From the human T2T-CHM13v2.0 reference genome, Homo sapiens: a stretch of DNA of 64,000 nucleotides. The translations under genes and the position numbers were made by a program. Below, one piece after another: positions 30,641 through 43,689 of the stretch (positions are counted from its first letter, which is position 1; the number at the start of each line of letters is the position of its first letter). The notes under the pieces are model-generated. The model saw only the letters and a program-made list of their open reading frames with translations. It ran no database searches and was not told where the DNA came from. The stretch lies in the NCBI RefSeq assembly GCF_009914755.1, contig NC_060936.1; one strand, written 5' to 3'.

Positions 30641-31222
30641 TATTAGAGTATGTTTCGTACATCTTTTCATAACTTAAAGCACTTCCATGTATATTGTTTC
30701 TTTTGATCCTCACAGCAATCCTGGAATCAGGGCACTACGGGTAACCACATTCTCACTTTACAAATGATAACTCACACACCCCATGGAAGATCCGGGAAGT
30801 CTTCTGATGCCCCTGCTTTCCAAGACAATATGATGCTTCTCTACATTCCATGGACTATGACAAGTATATCAGTCGTCGAAGTGGGTGGTTTAATGGCATG
30901 ATTAGCTCCATTTTCTCTTCCTGCAGCATAGCAAAGTGCATAAAGCTTGAGCTCTGTGTCCAGCAGATCTTTATTAGAATTCCAGTCCCCCCACAGTTAC
31001 ATATGCTCTCTCCCTGACAGTTTTCACAGATGAATCATCCAGACTCCATTTCCTATTAGAGCTGGACCCTCCACTTGGACTTTTGACACTTAGACCCCTC
31101 TAGCCCACACAGGGACATCAGTGCAATAATTCTCCCCTTTCTACAGCATCATTAAATTTTGCCTCTCTCCTGGATCATCCCATTCACATATTCATATGCT
31201 GTTATTTCTCCCATCTAAAACT

Positions 31223-31437
31223 GACCAGGCACTGTGGCTCATGTCTATAATCCTAGCACTTTGGGAGGCCAAGGCTGGCAGATCACTTGAGGCTAGGAGT
31301 TTGAGACCAGCCTGGCCAACATGACAAAACCCCATCTCTACTAAAAATACAAAAATTAGCAGGGTGTGCTGCACTCCAGCTTGGGCGACAGAGCAAGACA
31401 CTGTCTCAAAATAAATAAATAATTAATTAAAAATAAA
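31223..31437 (+). mobile_element. AluS with ~100-bp internal deletion of the right arm
   Basis: aattagcagggtgtg joins directly to ctgcactccagc at 31368/31369. Confidence 0.92.
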
Positions 31438-32126
31438 ATTACTTTCTCCTGATCCCATATTTCCTATGATTAAAATGCCATTTCTTTCTTCTTCTCTCTA
31501 TGAGTTCTTCCCAGAAGAGTTGTCTATACCTATTGCACCAACCCATTTCTTCCAATTCTCCATATTGTCGGTATTTCCAGTTATCCTTACCTCTCTCCCA
31601 CACAGCCCCTATCTAATCTGGCAGAAAATCCTGTTGACTCTACCTTCAAAATATAGCCAGAGTTCAATACTTCTTACCATCTCCGTGTCTACCACCCTGG
31701 TCCAAGCTACCATCATCTCTCATCTGGATAACTCAATTACCAACTAACAGGCCTGTCTGCTGGTACAGTCTGTGCTCAAAACAGCAGCCGGAAGGATTCT
31801 TTTCCAAAGTAAGCCAGGTTGCAGCCCTCATCTTGCTGAGAGTTTAATCAAAGTCCTTAGCAGTGTCCTGTGAAGCCCACATATCCTGACCCCTCAGACT
31901 CCTTTGACCTATTTTCTACTTCCCTCCCCCTCGCTCACTCGGCTCTAGCTACATGGCTTTTATCCTGTGCCCCCTTTGCTGGAATGCAAGCTTCACAAGG
32001 CAGGGATCTTTGTCTGTCTGGTTCACTCATGTATCCCAAGTACAGTTAGTCCTCCGTATCCATGGTTCCACATCCGTGGAGATGGAACGGTGGACTGAAA
32101 ATATTTGGAAAAAAAAAATGCATCTG

Positions 32127-32300
32127 AGAAGGAGGGCAAGGGTTGAATAACTACCTATTGGGTACCATGTTTACTATTTGAGCAATGGGCTCATTAGAAG
32201 CCCAAATCTCAGCATCACAGAATATACCCATATAACAAACCTGCACATGTACCATCTGAATTTAAATTAAAAATAAAATTTAAAAATAAAAAATTTATAT
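32127..32300 (+). mobile_element. L1PB/late-L1PA 3' end inside MER2
   Basis: ggttgaataactacctattgggtac...taacaaacctgcacatgtacc; TSD tgcatctg at 32119-26 and 32301-08. Confidence 0.9.
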
Positions 32301-32543
32301 TGCATCTGTACTGAATATATACAGACTTTTCTTGTCCTTACTCCCTTAACAATACGTTATAACCATTATTTACAAAGCATTGCATTCGGTTAGGTATTAT
32401 AAGTAATAGAGCAATGATGTAAAGTAAACGAGAGGATGTATGTAAGTTATGTGCAAATACTACCACATTTTATGTCAGGGACTTGAACATCTTTGAATGT
32501 TGGTATCCAAAGGAGGTTCTGGAACTAATCAACAGATACCAAG

Positions 32544-32909
32544 CGTATTAGTCCGTTTTCATGCCGCTGATAAAGACACACCCAAGACTGGGTGATTTAT
32601 AAAGAAAAAGAGGTTTAACTGACTCACAGTTCCACATGGCTGGGGAGGCCTCACAATCATGGCAGAAGACGAAAGGCACGTCTTACATGGTGGCAGGTAA
32701 GAGAGAGAATGAGACCCAAGGGAATGGGGAAAAACCCCTTATAAAAACATCAGATCTCATGAGACTGATTCACTATCATGAGAACAGTATGGGGCAAACC
32801 AGCTCCATGATTCAATTATCTCCCACTGGGTCCCTCCCACAACACGTGGGAATTATGGGGGCTACAATTCAACATGAGATTTGGGTGAGGACACAGCCAA
32901 ACCATATCA
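32544..32909 (-). mobile_element. THE1 (MaLR) solo LTR
   Basis: gtattagtccgttttcatg...gactcacagttccacatggctggggaggcctcacaatcatggcagaag...cagccaaaccatatca; TSD ccaag/ccgag. Confidence 0.95.
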
Positions 32910-34244
32910 CCGAGGGACAAGTGTACCTGGAACATGCATGGCGCATAGCAGGCATTCAATATGTATTTGTTGAATGAATAGTCTGTGCATATTTAACATA
33001 AAGTTAACACAGATTTGCATGCTTTTCACTTAATCTAATTAGTGTGTAAAATTTTCTACCAGATCACATCACAATCTTAATTACTAAAAAGTTTTCCCTT
33101 AAATAAAGATACGAAGTGTAAAACTCCCTTTCACGACGTATTGCATAGACTTAGCCATTTATTAACATCTCTCCCCTACGGAAAAGGCAACTCCACTGGC
33201 TGCTATCTTAGTTTAAGGATCCAGTCTCCATGTTGAGGAAATATTGCTTGCTTATCGTTCAGATTATTGGTTCACTACAATTTAAGGGCCTAGAAATAGT
33301 TAGGAAATAACCTTAAAATAAGCAATTTACTCCTTCCCAAACAGAATCAAATCTGTTATTGAGTTTCTTTTTGGATCAATGAAAGCTGTCATGAGATTAT
33401 ACACTAGTTTTTAACTCCTTCATATAAAATAGAAAATGGTTACTTATGAAATAAACACAAACATTTCTTTTTAAAATGCTTTGTGACTTAATCATTGGAC
33501 CAGAATTTTCTCTGGATCGATCAAGAATTTTTCTTTACATATCAGAGTTGATGACAGAAATAAGGCTGATTGTATAGAGCTTCAATAGAGGAAAAAATAA
33601 TTCTCCTTAGAAAAATGAAAAAAATGAGAAAGTAAAACGTTTAAAACAATAAATTACATCTCTGAGTTGGACCTGAAAAGTTACTGTACTGAAGTCTTGT
33701 AATTACTTTTTTCAGTTCTACAATCAAAACCTATTAGGGCAATTTTATGTGGTTTTTCTTTTTTCTTCCTTTTTTTTTTTGTTTTGCCTAACATTCTTGA
33801 ACTGAGTTCAAGTATTAAGTATTTCGCCATATGTCCTGTCAGTCACATATCTAAGACAGAATAAAATAAATGTATTCTCAGACTGTGTTTCACACTCTTC
33901 CAAAGTTTTTTTTTTTTTTTTTCCCATGGAACTCACAGAGCTTTTAAATCTGGTTATTAGCCCTGATACTTTCTCCCTTTTCATCTTCCAAACCCTAGGC
34001 ACAATCCCGCTGACCTCTTCTGCAGCTATTTGATTCCCAACACAATATTCAAACACAACTAGGGGCAGCCTTCCTTAATCAGGTCTGTCCCTGCAGAGTT
34101 TGGTTTGCTTTGTTTTAACAAGCAGGAGTCTTGATTTTCTACAAAGCTCTGCAAAGGTTGTTACAATCGGCGATTGAAGGAAACCGAAAACTGATTGCCA
34201 AAGAACTAATTGACCTATTTTTTGAGTCTTCATTAATTTCATTT

Positions 34245-34560
34245 TAGCTCAGTCATACGAACATTTAGTCAACATCTGTCTACCTTGCAGGCCTGGTGCC
34301 AAGCATTAGACAAATAAGACATGGCCCTGTTTATCGTAGAATAAATGCTACGGCGGAAACAGGTACAGAGTACTCTATAATACCAATGGGGTGTCGCACT
34401 GTTAGGCAGGCAGTGTTTTATTTCTATAGATTTTCAGGGTTTCTGTTCTGTTTTCAGTGTCTCTTTTCCTAGGAGTCAGAGAAAACTTTCTAGACAAAAT
34501 CATGCCTGGGCCAAAATTTCAAAGTAAGTGTAAACTTGGCAAAACTAACTGGAAAGGGCA
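34245..34560 (-). mobile_element. L2 relic
   Basis: acatttag...gcaggcctggtgccaagca...aataagacatggccctg; agtcagagaaaactttc. Confidence 0.55.
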
Positions 34561-35838
34561 TTCACAAATTCCATTGATTCATTTTTACCAATTTTATTTT
34601 TCTAAAAAAATGAAGAGGAGGAAGGTTGAGACCTAGTATCTAAAAGGAGACTGGATTATCTCTAAGTCTTAGTATATCTTGGTTTGTTTACCTTTGCTGA
34701 GCTCACTCGGGGTAAGCTGCAGTCCTATATTGAAAATGCTTGATTTATTTTGCTTGCTGTGGTGTAAACATCTTCATTAAAAAAATAGTTGCCCTGGTCT
34801 GAATTTTGAAAGTAAAATTAATATATTCTGGATTAAGTGTGAGTGAAATCGCATTTTAACTCAGTTAAAAGACATTCTTTTTAATAATCAGGTTTAAAAT
34901 TTTGAATGACTATACATAAGATTTTTAAAAGAAGTATTCAGTTTGAATTTTGCTTGCTAATATCAGAAGAAACCCTACTTCTATGGAAAAGAGAACTGTA
35001 TTCCATTTTCCTTAATCCTTTGTTAGTTTGTCTTCCTTAATGTACCCACTGTGGTTGTTTCTATAACATATGGGATTTTATACATTAAAGCAAAGCTGTG
35101 TTTGTAAAAAAGGAAAGAAAGAAAAGAAAAAAGAAAACTGCTGATTTTAAATTCCAGTTTTTATTCTATGTATACTATACTTGGTTATAAAAAAGTTACA
35201 GATCATTCAGTTTTGCCCAGATTTTACCCTACAGAAGTCCCTTTATTAAGAAATGAGATTTAATGAAAAGAAAAGTAGGGCTACTGTTTATGTGGCTGCA
35301 AATATCACTGGGGAAATATTTCATGTTTACATTTTGCTAAACTATTTATAGTGAGGACACATACTACAGTAAGGCCCTCTTTTCCCCATATAATGGATAT
35401 CTTTGTGCCTTAATTCTACACACTTGCACAGTTTACATTTTTACCCAGTCTGCCCACATTTCATGCCACATTACTTTGTCCTCCAAAGCCTAGCTATATT
35501 GGAGCAACATCTTCTGGCAGAACAGAGACACTGAAAATCCAGAGAAATAAAACCCTGCCTGCCTAACAGTGTCTTAGATCGTTAGCAGGGAACACAGACC
35601 AAATTTAGCTATTTAACAAATCTCTCATTGTTGATTATTGGGGTTTTTTCTTACCCTCACTATTGATCTTTGAAAGCTCTCAATTTTAAGCAACTGAGTT
35701 TCTTTCCCTGAATTAATGGTTAACACCTATTGTTGTTTTATCTATATTTTAACTATTTAGCATGGTGTATGAGTACACCATGTATGAATCTTCTAAAACA
35801 GTTCTTGCCTGAAGTATAGAATCAATGAGTGAACTTTG

Positions 35839-35857
35839 GAGTCCCTCTGGTGGTCAT
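35839..35857 (-). promoter_or_regulatory. Candidate CTCF site
   Basis: Minus strand atgaCCACCAGAGGGActc, 11/12 match to CCASYAGRKGGC. Confidence 0.35.
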
Positions 35858-37013
35858 TTGAGTCAGTTTTAAATGAAACTGATCTCTTATAAGCCCTTAG
35901 ATACCAGCCTCATCCATTGGCCATCTTATCTCTGCACCCCTACCCCCTCCCACCCTACTTCACTTTTACCACTCATCACACATAATTCCTCACGCTGCTC
36001 CTATGAAGCGCACAAATACAACGTAAATAATTTCTATAAATTTCTAATATTTGCTTGTGGAAACATTTTGCCCACAACATTGGATTTACAATAAAATGCT
36101 CTCCTGTTTTATGACGCTGCTGAAAATTAAAACTGTTGCCAGTTCCCTGATTCTTCAATAGGAAATCACAGCTTTGGTTTCTCCTTTCCTTAAGTAGATT
36201 TTACAAATTAATTGTAATTTTTAAAGCATATCTTTCTTCATGTGTGTGTGGCCCTTAATGACTTGTATTTCTTTTTAGTCACATGATTTAGTCTCTTTGA
36301 ACATTAATTTCACTAAATTAAGAGCCCAAGTAGAAAACAGTTGTGCTCAGAATAAACAGTGATTTGGGGTAGTCACTGTGCAAATATATTGTCTTTCCCG
36401 TGATTCCTTCTTTTTACCTGTAGAGGAGCGATGTCTTCCTGGACTGGCCCTTGAGTGGTGGAGGAGGCTTTCAGGAAAAGTCTTGAACTGTGCTTAGAAG
36501 AGAATAAGAAGTCACTTACCTAGACGGAAGTGAGATGTCTTCTTGACATTATGTTTCGTCCCCTTGATAGTCCTGTCATTATCTATATTTCTAGTCTGTG
36601 GTCTTAGAATTTCAGAGCATTAAATGTTCAGTTCCCATGAGTTTGTGGTTTTTCTGAGTGGGTATGTATTTGCGTGCCTTCACTTTCAGTTGAAAGATAT
36701 TCATCCTTCAGGGCTGTGTTTGCTTTTATTCAGAAAATAAGTATATTTAATGTACTGTTTTTGAAAAAGGAATGAAAACAGTGATTGAGCTGATATTGAG
36801 ATCATCAAGTGTTTCTAAATCTCTCCAAACACATTGCTCCCTACATGCCCAGAAGGCACCATCTTTTCCTCTTAATATAATGGGTTTGCTTGAGTATCAA
36901 AATGCTGCATTATACAACACGAATCATCACACTGAAGATATCAATCACTTGTTTTATTAAATTAGAGTAAGAGAATTTAGTACAGAACAGAGGCAAAAAA
37001 AAAAAAAATTATC

Positions 37014-37130
37014 GCTGGGCATGGTGGCTCACACCTGTAATCACAGAGCTTTTGGAGGCTGAGGCAGGAGGATCTCTTGAGGCCAGGTGTTCATCACAGG
37101 CCCAGGCAATATAGTGAAACCCTGTCTCTA

Positions 37131-37161
<31 letters not shown>

Positions 37162-37312
37162 ATTAACCCATTATGTTGGTATACACCTCAGCTACTCAGG
37201 AGGCTGAGGCTGGAAGATGACTTGAGCCCAGGAGTTTGGGGTTTCAGTGAGCTATGATTGATTGCACCTCTGTACTCCAGCCTGGGTGACAGAGCAAGAC
37301 CCTGTCTCTAAA
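37014..37312 (+). mobile_element. AluJ with expanded central A-tract
   Basis: ttgagcccaggagtt...gtgagctatgatt; long A run at 37132-37157. Confidence 0.93.
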
Positions 37313-38052
37313 TAATCATCATAATACCACAGCACAGATCATGCTTTTAAGAGTTATAACAACCAAATATAAAAATCTACATATACACATGCTTTATACT
37401 ATTCAAAAAATAGTCAAATAGATATAACCTTGTCCACTAGGAACAAAACACAAAGTTGCATTTGTTGAAAGTCGACATTAATTAAAGAAAACATATAATG
37501 AATAATTTGCAAGAAAAAAAGAATGTCATCTTTTGCTGCTTAAGTGTTGCACCGCACAACAGATGAAAAAACAAACAACAGCAGCATTACTTCTATTGCA
37601 GACATTTTTTTCCCTGTAGTTTCTGACCTCCAATTCACTTTCATACTCTGTGCTGCTTCAGGGCATTCAGTGTTTTGAAGGAGAGTTGATGTTTATATTT
37701 TAACATTTTTAAGAGAGGTAAATGATTCAATGTAGCAAAGAGAAAATAGGTTTCATTGTTCTTTGGGTTTTAAATAAGTAGTTACTGTTAAGTTATAGCA
37801 AGCAAATCTCCAACATCTTGCATTCATCACTATTCTGATGCAGTTTTTCAGAATCTGTAACAATGTGATTTATAGACTCATGAATAAATGTTTCAACTGT
37901 TGTCATATGGTCTTAATTATGTTAAATTAGAGGATCTGGCTGACAACACTAGAAACATGGATGCCTAGCACCATCTATTGTTCATGAACAAAACAACTGT
38001 ATGGTAAATAAAGGGGAAAGTCCTTCCCCAGGTAGGACTTTCAGAGAGGGTT

Positions 38053-38577
38053 TGCATTAGTTTTCTACTGCTGCTGTAACGAAGTATCACGAACTTAAAC
38101 AATGCAAATGTATTATCTTTGGGTTCTCAATATTGCTTATAGGTTAGAAGTCTGCAATGGGTCTCACTGCGCTAAAATTAAGGTGTCAGCAGGGCACTTA
38201 CGGGAGAATCTGTTTCCTTGCCATTTTTAGTCTACGGAAGACACAGCTTTGAGAGGCCACCAATATTCCTTGGCTTATAGCCATCTTCCTTCATCTTCAA
38301 AGCCAGCCATATTGCATCTCTTGAACCATTCATCCATAGTCACATTGCCCACTGATTCTAACCTCAGCCGGGAAAGTTTCTCTGCTCTTAAGGAGAAGAT
38401 TCAGGTGATTAGGTTGAGTCCATCCATACAACCTATCCAGGTTAATCTCCTCATCTCAAGGTCCTTAATCTTAATGATATCTGCAAAGTTCCTTTGTCCA
38501 CATCATGTGACATATTCACAGGTTCCAGAAATTAAGACACAGACGTCTTTTGGGAGGCCATTATTCTGCCTACCACA
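38053..38577 (-). mobile_element. MLT1D-like MaLR solo LTR
   Basis: tgcattagttttctactgctgctgtaac...ctaaaattaaggtgtcagcaggg...ggccattattctgcctaccaca. Confidence 0.9.
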
Positions 38578-39987
38578 GGATACGAGAGAGCACTAATTAA
38601 AAACCATATCTAAATATACAAAATTTAATCTCTTGACTTTTGGTGGAGTCAGTATGTTGGCTGTGGTAGATTATCATTATGTTGGAGACAGAGAAGATTT
38701 GCTATTTTAGTGCTTATGAACTTATACTACAATTTGTTAATTTTCTCTCACTAATACATATTAGGTAAGTATTCTTAAAATGACCATTTCTTAAGAATCT
38801 CCCTACTAAATTCAATATTCTTTAGGTGATGAGTCAGTCCTTATTTCTTCCAACACTCAACCTCTGCCCCTCGCCCTGCCCCACCCTTCAACCTGGTCAG
38901 CAGTGTGCATGTTCACACACACACACACACGTGCCCATACACACATCTATACATATTCATGCATTCAATAAATGTTATTATTTTCTAACCTTTAATGTCT
39001 GTTTTACTGAGGGGTTCAGCTTTGAATGTCTTTGGGAACATATAGATAACTTTCTCACCTTCCTTTCAACACTGAAATACTCTTTGTGATTATTCCTATT
39101 TTTTTTTCTACAGTCATGCCATTTGTATGTCAGTGATAGATAATTTTGATGCTAAGTCCTCATCTCAGCATCCAGTTTTATTACATTTGTAACAGTAACA
39201 CAGATACATGAGCTGCTGGGCTCTCAGGATGCCATTAGCGCTTCATGATTAATCTAGAAGAGGAAAAGGACAGTTGTTAAAGAAATACCCAACAACTTGC
39301 TCCATGTTAAAATCATTTCCTCTCCTGACCAGGTGATGCTTGTGACAACTAAAAATAGAGGCAGCTCTTGGTTGACAACATTGCTCTTAGTCTTCAATTA
39401 TCTGTAACCTATGCCCATCACCTTAAATTTTCTGGAGGAGAAGAAATCTGTAGAGAATAGTTTGTCACTTTGTGATGTGTTTGATGTTTCTCACTGAGGA
39501 ATGAGAAGAGAGGACATTTTGGAAAATAGAAGCCTGTTTTTATAATTTTTCAAATTTGGTAACAAAATAAAGGTACTCAGTTTTTGAAAGGACTTGAAGA
39601 TGAATATCAGCTCTTCCTGGTCTATCCAAACTTCCCTCTCAAAATCAAAACAAAAATGTATACAAATATAATGTATAAGTCACGTTCACAACCACATAAC
39701 TTGATAGCAACACTATCCCTGTATCATAGATATTATTTTGCAGTTGAAGAAACTAATGTTCATATCTAATTGACTAGGATTCTGCAAGAACATGCTTGTC
39801 GATAAGGATATGTGGAAGTAGTCACTATTACATAATGTTGGTGGCAGAAAAAAATTAATCCAAGTTTTCAGAAGGGCAGTATTAAAATGCTAACATATGT
39901 CTTAAAGCAAGTCTTGGACCCAAATTTTTCGCTTTAAATAAGTAAAAGTTTAATGATGTGAACAAAGATTGAAATAAAGTGGTGTTC

Positions 39988-40337
39988 CATGGAATACTAC
40001 ACAGCCATAAAAAGAAATGAGATAATGTCCTTTGCAGGAACTATGGATGAAGCTGGAAGCCATCATCCTCAGCAAACTAACACAGGAACAGAAAGCCAAA
40101 CACTGCATGTTATCATTCATAAGTGGGAGCTGAACATAGAGAATACATGGACACAGAGAGGGGAACATCACACGCCAAGGCCTGTTGGGGGGTGGGGGTG
40201 GTGAGGGGAGGGAACCTAGAGGACTGGTCAATAGGTGCAGCAAACCACCATGGCACACGTATACCTGTGTAACAAACCTGCACGTTCTGCACATGTATTC
40301 CGGAATTTAAATTAAAAAAAGAAATAAATTTAAAAAA
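39988..40337 (+). mobile_element. L1PA 3' end (ORF2p C-terminus plus 3'UTR), 5'-truncated
   Basis: MEYYTAIKRNEIMSFAGT resembles the ORF2p end and then frameshifts; G-rich 3'UTR; TSD tggtgttc at 39980-87 and 40338-45. Confidence 0.93.
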
Positions 40338-40379
40338 TGGTGTTCATCTCAGCATTGTTTATAATAGCAAAAAATAACC

Positions 40380-40799
40380 TATGACAGAAACTGCTGATAT
40401 TCAGCAAAGTCTGTTTCCCCTACCTCATGGACACACCACTGGGCTACATTTACCCTGTTAGAGATGATCATGGGGCTGTATTCTGGGTGACAGAATGTGG
40501 GCAGAAGTGATGATACAACTTCAAGTACTAGTCCCTAAATATCTCCTGAGTGATCCTCTATGCTCTCTTCAAGTTGGTGAAATACAGAGAATACAGTAAA
40601 GAAACCTAGAGCTCTAGATGATGACAAAACTAGATCAAAGGACCCTGGGTCCTTCCCTGGAATGACCAGGTGGAAGATAATCTCTGACGAGGAACATACA
40701 CATTATGCTTTGTGTGAACAAGAAAGAAACTTACACTGGTTTAAAACACTGAGATTGTAGTCTTTACCAAGTACAGCAAGTAAAGTAAACCCTAATACA
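40380..40799 (+). mobile_element. MLT1I/J-like MaLR LTR
   Basis: gaatgtgggcagaagtgatg; aagaaagaaactt...actgagatt; ends taataca. Confidence 0.8.
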
Positions 40800-41394
40800 A
40801 AATTTAAATGTCCAATGATAGAGAAATTACCCAAATAAACTTAAGTGAATTTCTTGCAACATAGACTTCCTTTGAATGAGTTATTGATCACAATCTGGGC
40901 AACAGCCAAACTACCATAGAGATAAAAGCACGTATTTCCATTCTGCTTTATTATCATCAATTTTAATTCCAGGCTATTAAATAAATGCACTACTACTTAT
41001 TCTCTGCAACCTTTGTGCGGCTGAGTTGGAAGTCATTCTGCCTCGTGTCTCTGTTTTTGACACTATAAGAGGTAGGAAACAAGGAGAAAAAAAATTTACC
41101 TGTAATTAAATCCTTTAAAGATAAAATGACACATTCTGATTGGTGATTTGCCATGGGATCATAGAATTGAAGATTTAAGGTGAATGAAGGGCTGGTTGAG
41201 CCAATCACCAAAATGGCTTGAATTCCAGCCACACCATTCAATCAAAGAGTCATCCATTCTTTCTTTGAACACCTTCAATTATGCATACTTGATGAAAGAA
41301 TAAAAAGCAGCTTAGGGTTTTTGTGTCTCTCTGCTCGTTTGTTTTGCAGAGCTAGTAACAAAGATAAAAGGAGGAAAGCAGGTAAGCAGACAAG

Positions 41395-41950
41395 CTAACA
41401 TTTACCAAATGTCATTTGACTAGGACCTGTGTATAGCACATCTGTACATATTATTTCATTTAATTTTTGCAACAATGCTATAGGGTTGATGTGCCCATTT
41501 TTCAGAAGACCTGAACCTTAGAGAGTTGAAATAATTCATGTATCTGCCAAGTTGTTATATCTTCTATCTTCTAAAGTGATAAAGGCAGTGTTTACTCTAC
41601 AAGAGCATGGCAGATCCTTGAAAGAAGGCAATAGGAAAAGACAGAGAGGATTAAAAGCATTTGGCTAATGATTGGTGAGCTGACATTTGCAGTTCATTTC
41701 ACTGGAAGACTGGGGAAAACAGCATTATAGTAGGACTTGGCTTCTAAAATTAAACTGCTGAGGTTTATATCCAACTGCCTCTAGTCCCTAACATATATCC
41801 TTTGAAAGTTTCCTAACCTCTCTAGACCTCGGCTTCCTTATCTGTCAATGGGATAATAAATGATAGCTATTTTATACAGTCATATCAAAGATGGTTTGCG
41901 ATGATGCACATGAACTATTTCGCACACGGCTTTGCAGAGAGCTGGTGAAA
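41395..41950. mobile_element. Two MIRs (41395-41545 minus; 41720-41950 plus)
   Basis: atttaatttttgcaacaa...cccatttttcaga; taacctctctagacctcggcttccttatctgtcaatggga. Confidence 0.7.
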
Positions 41951-42537
41951 GCCATAAGGTTTTGTGTACAAAGAAGTGTGGCAATGGTTGCCCCTAGTTG
42001 AGAAGTTAAAACTTCAGGGTGCTTGTAATTTTCTCAGATATATATTAGCAGATATGAAAGTGATATAAATACACAATAAAGTATAGTTTTTAAAATAGTA
42101 TGTGTTTTATTTCATGTTCATATCACTTTCACCAGGCAAAAATTCTGAAACTTTCTGTGTGAACATAATATTATGGGTACACTCTGCATTATACCTCTAG
42201 GCGTCATCAGAAATTTGTGCTTAATATTGTCCACTCACATTCCCTGAACAACGCTCCCTACTAAGTTCCCTAGACTAACAACATGAAGTCTTAGGGGTAT
42301 AGTCTATAATCATTACAACACAGGAAGAAAATACCTGGTATTCCATTAAGCGGCAGAAACATTACTTTAGCATAGTGATTGCAGCTTCCAAATACACCTG
42401 ACTCAGATTTTGAATATTATAGTAAGCAAATTAAGTACTCCTTTTCCCCAAAACATGTTAATATATAAAAGGGCATATATAAACAAGGTCATATAGATAT
42501 GTAAAAATCTATTCAATGAAAAACTAAGTTTTTTTTT

Positions 42538-42724
42538 AATACAAATGTTAGCTGGGTATGATGGTGGTGGTGGGTGCCTGTAGTCTCAGCTACTTGAGGA
42601 GACTGAGGTGGGAGGATCGCTTGAGCTCAGGAGGCAGAGGTTGCGGTGAGCCCTGATCGTGCCACTGCACTCCAGCTTGGGTGACAGAACCAGACCTTGT
42701 CTCAAAAAAAAAAGAAAAAGAAAG
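42538..42724 (+). mobile_element. AluJ right arm / FRAM-like
   Basis: gggaggatcgcttgagctcaggagg; TSD gaaaa(a)ctaag(g)ttttt. Confidence 0.9.
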
Positions 42725-43019
42725 AAAAACTAAGGTTTTTTTTTTCAGTGTTTCCATTTTGTAATTATATACATGCAATGATTTCAGTGCTGAGAAAAAA
42801 ATTAAAAAATGGTACACTGGGGGTATTTCCAGCTCAATTCCAGTTGTCTATGACAATCAAGAAGAGACAGGATGCAATAAATATTTTCACAATGAAAAGA
42901 AGTATCCTGGCGGACTGGGAAAGAAAAGCATTAGGAACTTTGTGATGCTGCTGAGGTATTAGACAAGACAATACATAGAGTTGATCTCTACATATTTCTC
43001 TAATCTTTCAGATTAGAGA

Positions 43020-43370
43020 ATGGTAGTGGTTAAAAAAAGGAATGGAACACTTTTATCAAATAATATCTAGTGGAACCCCAATGTATAAATAAGCTGAAAG
43101 TGGAGCTATTCTGCTTGAGGTAAGGTATGTCAGATCTCCTCTAATAAACCTCCTTTCTGCTGACATCTGAGCCTCTTCAGAACACAGTTTGGAGATCAGT
43201 GCCTACCTGAATACAAAATAACCAACTGGAGATGTGTGATAAAAATGTAGATGCCTGGGTTCCAACCCCAAAGATTTCAGTTCAGTATCTCTGATGTGGG
43301 GTATGGAGATGTTTATTACTGAAATGCCCTCCTAGAGATCGGGATGTACAATGAGGTTTGGGGAGTGCTC
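43020..43370. mobile_element. Adjacent hAT-Charlie MITE relics (second is MER5-like)
   Basis: agaacacagtttggagatcagtg; aaaaatgtagatgcctgggttccaacccc. Confidence 0.55.
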
Positions 43371-43689
43371 ATAAGACAACCTAGTACAACCTGTTAAGCT
43401 AAGGCAGTTGAATAAATCCTACAGATAATGTGCCTCTCCGGGTATTTAACAAGGCACAGCCATGTTACAGGTTGATGTGGGTAACAAAAAAGATGGATTT
43501 ATTGTTCTAGCCTTAACAGAGTAATGGAGGCAGTGGAAAACATTCAAGTTATACAATGAAAAGATGACCAAAGCTTAGCCTGAGAATTTGGCTCTAAAAA
43601 AAATATATATATATATACAAGTGTACCTGAAGACAGCAGGCTGGCATCAGCTCTCCACTGCACAGCCGTCACTACAAAAAATGCCTAAA

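Larger units (their letters stand above)
32043..32923. mobile_element. MER2 (TcMar-Tigger) in three pieces
   Basis: cagttagtcctccgtatcc...; aggtattataagtaat; ...gatacc / gagggacaagtg; TA at 32041-42 and 32924-25. Confidence 0.85.
31020..32980 (+). mobile_element. L2 host element, interrupted by Alu, MER2, L1 and THE1
   Basis: ctctaccttcaaaatata, ctggtccaagctaccatcatctctc; 3' end gtatcccaag[TA..insert..TA]cctggaaca...tttgttgaatgaata. Confidence 0.8.
39790..40850 (+). mobile_element. Old L1ME host fragment split by L1PA and MLT1
   Basis: gtgaacaaagat..tgttc / atctcagcattgtttataatagcaaaaaat / aaatgtccaatgatag. Confidence 0.6.

Noticed and set aside
39950-40294. ORFs with L1 ORF2p similarity
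   Set aside because: Only the last codons and 3'UTR of a truncated, frameshifted L1.
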